From: Oikopleura dioica
Lineage: Eukaryota > Animalia > Chordata
Direction: 5' to 3'
DNA: 64,000 bases
Assembly (NCBI GenBank): GCA_907165135.1
Contig: OU015568.1
Coordinates: forward strand, 5,952,001-6,016,000
Each line of letters opens with the position of its first letter. The first letter of the stretch is position 1. Both the position numbers and the translations under genes were made by a program. Positions 61,001 through 64,000 of the stretch are shown here, in pieces. The notes beneath the pieces were generated by a model. That model was not told the DNA's origin. It was given only the letters and a program-made list of their open reading frames with translations, and did no database searches.

Positions 61001-63200
61001 TATAAGAAAGCATCTTTTTCCTGGTGGGGCTTGAGTCGAGAATTGTGTTTACGACGCGCGAGAATATATTCCCCGAGCATCGATAACCGAATGGTAGTCT
61101 GCAGAAGGCGTAAGATTTCCCACCCCACTGGAAGGAAGTCTTGTACCTGTCGCTTTTCTTTACAGGGCACTGCCAATATCCACTTCGTAGATCAACTGTG
61201 GCGAAAAACTTATTGCCCGGTCCAATGTTCGCGATCGTATCCTCCATGCTTGGGAGATGGTAAGGGTCGGATTTGTCGGAAAGGCATTTGTTCAGGCTGT
61301 TTTTGTAGTTGATGCAGAAGCGCATTTCCCCAGATTTCTTAGGAATAGGCAATACCGGGCTGTTAAACCCTTTCTGGTCCTTGATCTCTTCTATTATTTT
61401 CGTTTCGAGCAGTTCAGAGATGTGATCGCTGACCTGACCATGAAAAGCTTGCGGAATCGGGTGTTGACTGATGTTTCGACTCGTACCATCAGTCGGGATT
61501 TCGATCTCGAACGGGAATTCACCCATTTTTTGACCGTCGCAGCCGAATCTGTCGTCGAATTCCAAACACAGCTCGGCGACCATCTTCTTTTGCCCCGGGT
61601 CTGCGTCTGCTGGTAGGGTAATTCCGAGTTTTTGCTTCGCTAGCTGAATGGGGCACCTGACTGCGTTCTTGTTCGGTGCGTCCAGCTTTGGGACTTCTCG
61701 TGGTGGTTGAGTGCGGGACCGATCGCTGTCTTTGACCGTTGATCTAGTCGTCAAGTATTTCTTGATTTTGGTCCGCTTCACTCCGTCCAGCTTCACCACT
61801 TGAGTCTCAGTTTGTGTGAAGGCTTCGTTGTAGCAAAATGAGAGAGTACGATTCTTATTGTCGACTGTGAAGCTGTCCGTCATCGCATTCTCTAGTATAT
61901 CGCGGCCCAGTAGACTTGGGTATTTACTGCCTGGCATAATGGTGAGATTCAGGGAGAATGCAGGGCCACCATTGAATGATAAGCGGCAGGGAAGGATACC
62001 CATCGGCTGCTCGGCGGGAATATTTGGGCTGAAACCGGTGACCTTGAAGGGACAGGGCTTCAGCATCTGGAGAAATTCGTCGGGAACGTAAGCAGCGGAC
62101 AGACAGGAGGACTCGGCTCCGCTGTCGACTTCCATCGATACGTCAAAACTTTTAGAGCCCGTAATGATGGTAGCCGAAGCGAAATAAGCCTTTCCTGGTC
62201 GCTTCTTCTTCACTGTGTAAAAGTGAACGTCGAATGGTTGGAAATCTTCAACGTTCTTAGTCGTATTTATCTTCTTGGATTCTGGTTGTTTATCGTCTTT
62301 CCCATCCTTAGAATCGTTGCTGGCGCGCTTAGCATTCTTCTTCTTTTTGTTCTTATTTCTGTTGAAGTGCTGGGAGACGGTCGCGCTGTCAACTCGATTC
62401 TGTCTTGTGGATTGGGCGAGACGGCAGAGTTCGTTGATATCGTAAACTTTTGATAGGCTTGGAAGGATTGCGTTGAAAACGTCTGGTTCTTCTTTCCTAA
62501 GATTCAAGTACAGCATCATCGTCGAGAATATGTCAAATATTTCATCGACCCCGGCGTCGGCTGACTTCTCTTGTCGGTAAGAGTTCAAAGTCGCTTGCTT
62601 CGCCTCGTTCATCTTTTGCAAGACGTTGGCGGTGTAGTGTGCAAACGGCTTCGAATGGTCGTATTCGACGTCGAAAACTTCGCTTAGCTTCAGTAAGTAG
62701 TGACTCTTCGCGGCGAATGATTTCTCTAGCAGCGCCTTGGCCGATTTCCAGTCTTGACAATTCAGAAATTCGGTTCCAAGTGAGCGTTCGATGTTCAAGT
62801 CGAAGTGGCTGTACACTGCTGCGATGAAAGGCTGTTCACGTGAAGGTCTGTCGCGGACGTAGGCGCGGTGATAAATGTCGGCTCTGCCCAAGAAGGTGTT
62901 GAAAGATGTGTTGCATGCGGCGTCCAGCTTCGGCAAGTCTTGGACGTGACGAGACCAGGTAGTGGCCACCCATGCTTCTTCTCTCATTGTCGCATTCGTA
63001 GAGTCTTTTCCTTGATCGAGCTCGCAGGTAAGAAGCGTTGTACTGAGCTGTTCTAATTTTACTCTGCTTTCTGTGATCAAGGGCTCTAGGCTTGGCTTTA
63101 GTGATTCGTCATTTCGCACTTGTTCTTCGAGGTAGTTTACTCGATCGTTTATGCTTCTTATTTCGGTGACGGTTTCTAGCAGTGATTTGTTCGCCGCCAT
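58047..63200 (-). CDS. Gag-Pol polyprotein (gag, aspartic protease, RT, RNase H, integrase; 1717 aa)
   Basis: VDSGA (PR), YIDD (RT), LYTDAS..GGVL (RH), HDLSGH..CVPC plus IQIDF, LHSDRG and AERANR (IN), RWVGP (GPY/F). No CCHC knuckle, no internal stop or frameshift. Confidence 0.97.
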   Translation of the reverse strand: MAANKSLLETVTEIRSINDRVNYLEEQVRNDESLKPSLEPLITESRVKLEQLSTTLLTCELDQGKDSTNATMREEAWVATTWSRHVQDLPKLDAACNTSFNTFLGRADIYHRAYVRDRPSREQPFIAAVYSHFDLNIERSLGTEFLNCQDWKSAKALLEKSFAAKSHYLLKLSEVFDVEYDHSKPFAHYTANVLQKMNEAKQATLNSYRQEKSADAGVDEIFDIFSTMMLYLNLRKEEPDVFNAILPSLSKVYDINELCRLAQSTRQNRVDSATVSQHFNRNKNKKKKNAKRASNDSKDGKDDKQPESKKINTTKNVEDFQPFDVHFYTVKKKRPGKAYFASATIITGSKSFDVSMEVDSGAESSCLSAAYVPDEFLQMLKPCPFKVTGFSPNIPAEQPMGILPCRLSFNGGPAFSLNLTIMPGSKYPSLLGRDILENAMTDSFTVDNKNRTLSFCYNEAFTQTETQVVKLDGVKRTKIKKYLTTRSTVKDSDRSRTQPPREVPKLDAPNKNAVRCPIQLAKQKLGITLPADADPGQKKMVAELCLEFDDRFGCDGQKMGEFPFEIEIPTDGTSRNISQHPIPQAFHGQVSDHISELLETKIIEEIKDQKGFNSPVLPIPKKSGEMRFCINYKNSLNKCLSDKSDPYHLPSMEDTIANIGPGNKFFATVDLRSGYWQCPVKKSDRYKTSFQWGGKSYAFCRLPFGYRCSGNIFSRVVNTILDSSPTRKKMLSYIDDIVCFGKTFSCYYNTLRNLFIALRKFNAKLKGEKCSFLQSEAHFLGRIINEDGIKPDPAQVSALRQMKPPRSQKELASLIGSLNWIRGFLETKMGEAISSGCFSSRMKPINDVRNSANETNCFKWTKEADLALKEIQRRLSETPVISFPNFDESFHLYTDASLYAAGGVLLQEYGGRVHLVSAISHTFNKAERKWNTSEKEMFSIVWCCERLEKLLKGRFFQIHTDHRSLIFLHKKKFKNSKISRWQSRLEEFDFHIVYIKGSENQFADFMSRRPGEDDKSLGYDSEFPVGREYEIDKNSPVRVFVPFWNENQFPEKITLSEVKIHKVNVKAIAAPMEIPLVSANYNNILDYQREDSALSAIITFLESGKEPLDIKSLVKDSDHRQSSLLKMEKALFLDNTTGCLMCQFKSGARAVVPEAVKSHFLFLAHDLSGHLGEPRTLERLEDVWWPSFQDDVSNYVHSCVPCLRRKGSAGTRTKPPLGTLRRGKTAGESIQIDFACMPPAGGFKYYLVVADTFSRYTWCIPTRSDTAICAAKALIYKVFLPMDFLPKHLHSDRGTHFCASVIDEMCKLNQIKHTISTAFHPQSNAFAERANRTIKNSLFCMVNSSSGRKTWADCVPHVMRALNSVKNKSTKISPREVWFGRKSTFTHSTGAEMTAETPQVFGLNVGALAKSAEAIVKTAMEAADRAMEHRLKNEPKPRPIPAGAVVYIKRENLTDAKSKKERWVGPLKAVSSNDWVVMVEDKKGQRDFIHREHVVHAAERNHDLRWIDYYEAEYVFPHLTEIVKSKVPQKSPVPTSKPMEKSGSKSHGGRKSSQVASTPMVAMEKPPRSSLSPILESRRRLDMENLGDTTATSILDSSVAPAEPSDRWYSGGTLYETAEDMSADATVISEVAAPDNSHMSVDKHNSTVVEGSATENSKKRTRPKSSPDRQYSAGADPNATLTEVGAAHLPKHTKRAHRETRPVEPLNIGTNSGQSYD

Positions 63201-63705
63201 AGCTCGAAATATATCGGCAGTAAGGGTTTATGGGCCTTGGATTACCTTTCAGGCCCTCAGAAAATACTGCGACTAAAAGTCGCAATATGATGAGCTGAGG
63301 TGCCTTTTGCGCAAACGCCCGACGATTTCTCTGTCCAGCGATTGTCGAAATTTCAAGGTCTGGTCCAAGGGTCGATTCTTCGTAAACTTCTCTCGATTTT
63401 TGGTGAAAAGTGGCGAAAGAATTATGTTTTTCTCAGTATTTTAGGTTTTCCCCGGCGTGCGTGCGTGGTTGCGTGGGCGCGACTTTGGGCGCGTGGGTCG
63501 TGGTGGCGCTCGTGCGGTGGCGCTCGCTCGGGGTGGTGTTGGTGTGGTGCGGCGCGGAAAATTCTCTGAGTGGAGTTTCTCCGGCGGCGCGGTGGCGGTT
63601 GGTGATTCGGTTCCCCTCGACTCCGCTGACGGCCAATCAGCGTCCAAGTTGCGAAACTTCGGTTGTCGATGGCGGAAAAATTTATCTTTTCTCCAACGGG
63701 ACTAC

Positions 63706-63715
63706 TCTGACACCA
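63706..63715 (-). promoter_or_regulatory. Primer binding site TGGTGTCAGA (tRNA-Leu-like)
   Basis: Lies 1 nt inside the 5' LTR boundary and starts with TGG. It matches the reverse complement of the ..TCTGACACCA 3' end known for eukaryotic tRNA-Leu; the host tRNA was not checked. Confidence 0.75.
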
Positions 63716-63716
63716 C

Positions 63717-63972
63717 TGAAGGGATCCTAGCTTCTGCTGAATCTCCCACTTCTAGCGTAGTTTGCCTGCTCTCTATATCTGGACGAAGGAAGAAAACGAG
63801 TAAAGTATCTTTGACGTCTGTATTTCGAGCTGGAGTAAAATAGAGGTTAATTCACGAACTGCGAGAATTACCGAATGAAGAGAAATACACGGCGGCGACC
63901 GAGCAAAGCTCGATCTAGATAAGCAAGTGACCTTAGGGGACGAGGGAGTCTAACGAATCTAAGATCCCAATA
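63717..63972 (-). repeat. 5' LTR (256 bp; TA..CA termini on element strand)
   Basis: Direct repeat of 57482-57737, followed by the TSD ATTG. Confidence 0.95.
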
Positions 63973-64000
63973 ATTGCAAGAAAGACGTGCATACCCTTAG

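Larger units (their letters stand above)
57482..63972 (-). mobile_element. Full-length Ty3/gypsy LTR retrotransposon (Tor-like), no env ORF
   Basis: Two 256-bp direct repeats, 4-bp TSD ATTG (57478-57481 and 63973-63976), PBS, PPT and a single gag-pol ORF. Confidence 0.97.

Noticed and set aside
58055-63843. Numerous antisense and overlapping ORFs within the retrotransposon
   Set aside because: Shadow ORFs of the long gag-pol frame and GC-rich UTR, with no recognisable domains. No env-like ORF with a TM or furin site was found.

Overview
AT-rich, very compact eukaryotic genomic DNA. Introns are mostly 40-90 nt, several are GA-AG or GC-AG, same-strand genes are tightly spaced, and a Tor-like Ty3/gypsy element is present. 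Together these point to the larvacean tunicate Oikopleura, probably O. dioica (inference). Exon chains were assembled by hand, so gene coordinates are first-to-last codon spans. About 20 protein-coding loci were reconstructed: a tyrosine-hydroxylase-like enzyme; a secreted protein hosting an intronless antisense secreted gene in its first intron; GTDC1; a class I alpha-1,2-mannosidase; a small Cys-rich prohormone-like gene that the ORF track misses; a protein kinase fused to a papain-like Cys protease domain; a tandem GT31 glycosyltransferase; a 7-EC delta-type protocadherin; SORD; three related secreted helical proteins flanking a compact ABCA transporter; Rac; RRM, FERM and AlkB-like genes; two unknown genes; and a BRAP pseudogene. 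The BRAP copy is interrupted by a young, intact 6.5-kb LTR retrotransposon (LTRs identical by eye, 4-bp TSD) that carries two paralogous 43-nt intron-like cassettes flanking gag-pol. Non-coding DNA is rich in nested MITEs of at least three kinds: 8-bp-TSD hAT-like, TTAA Kolobok-like, and GGGTG-ended. No rRNA, tRNA or CRISPR was recognised. Several single-base indels in homopolymers suggest residual assembly errors.
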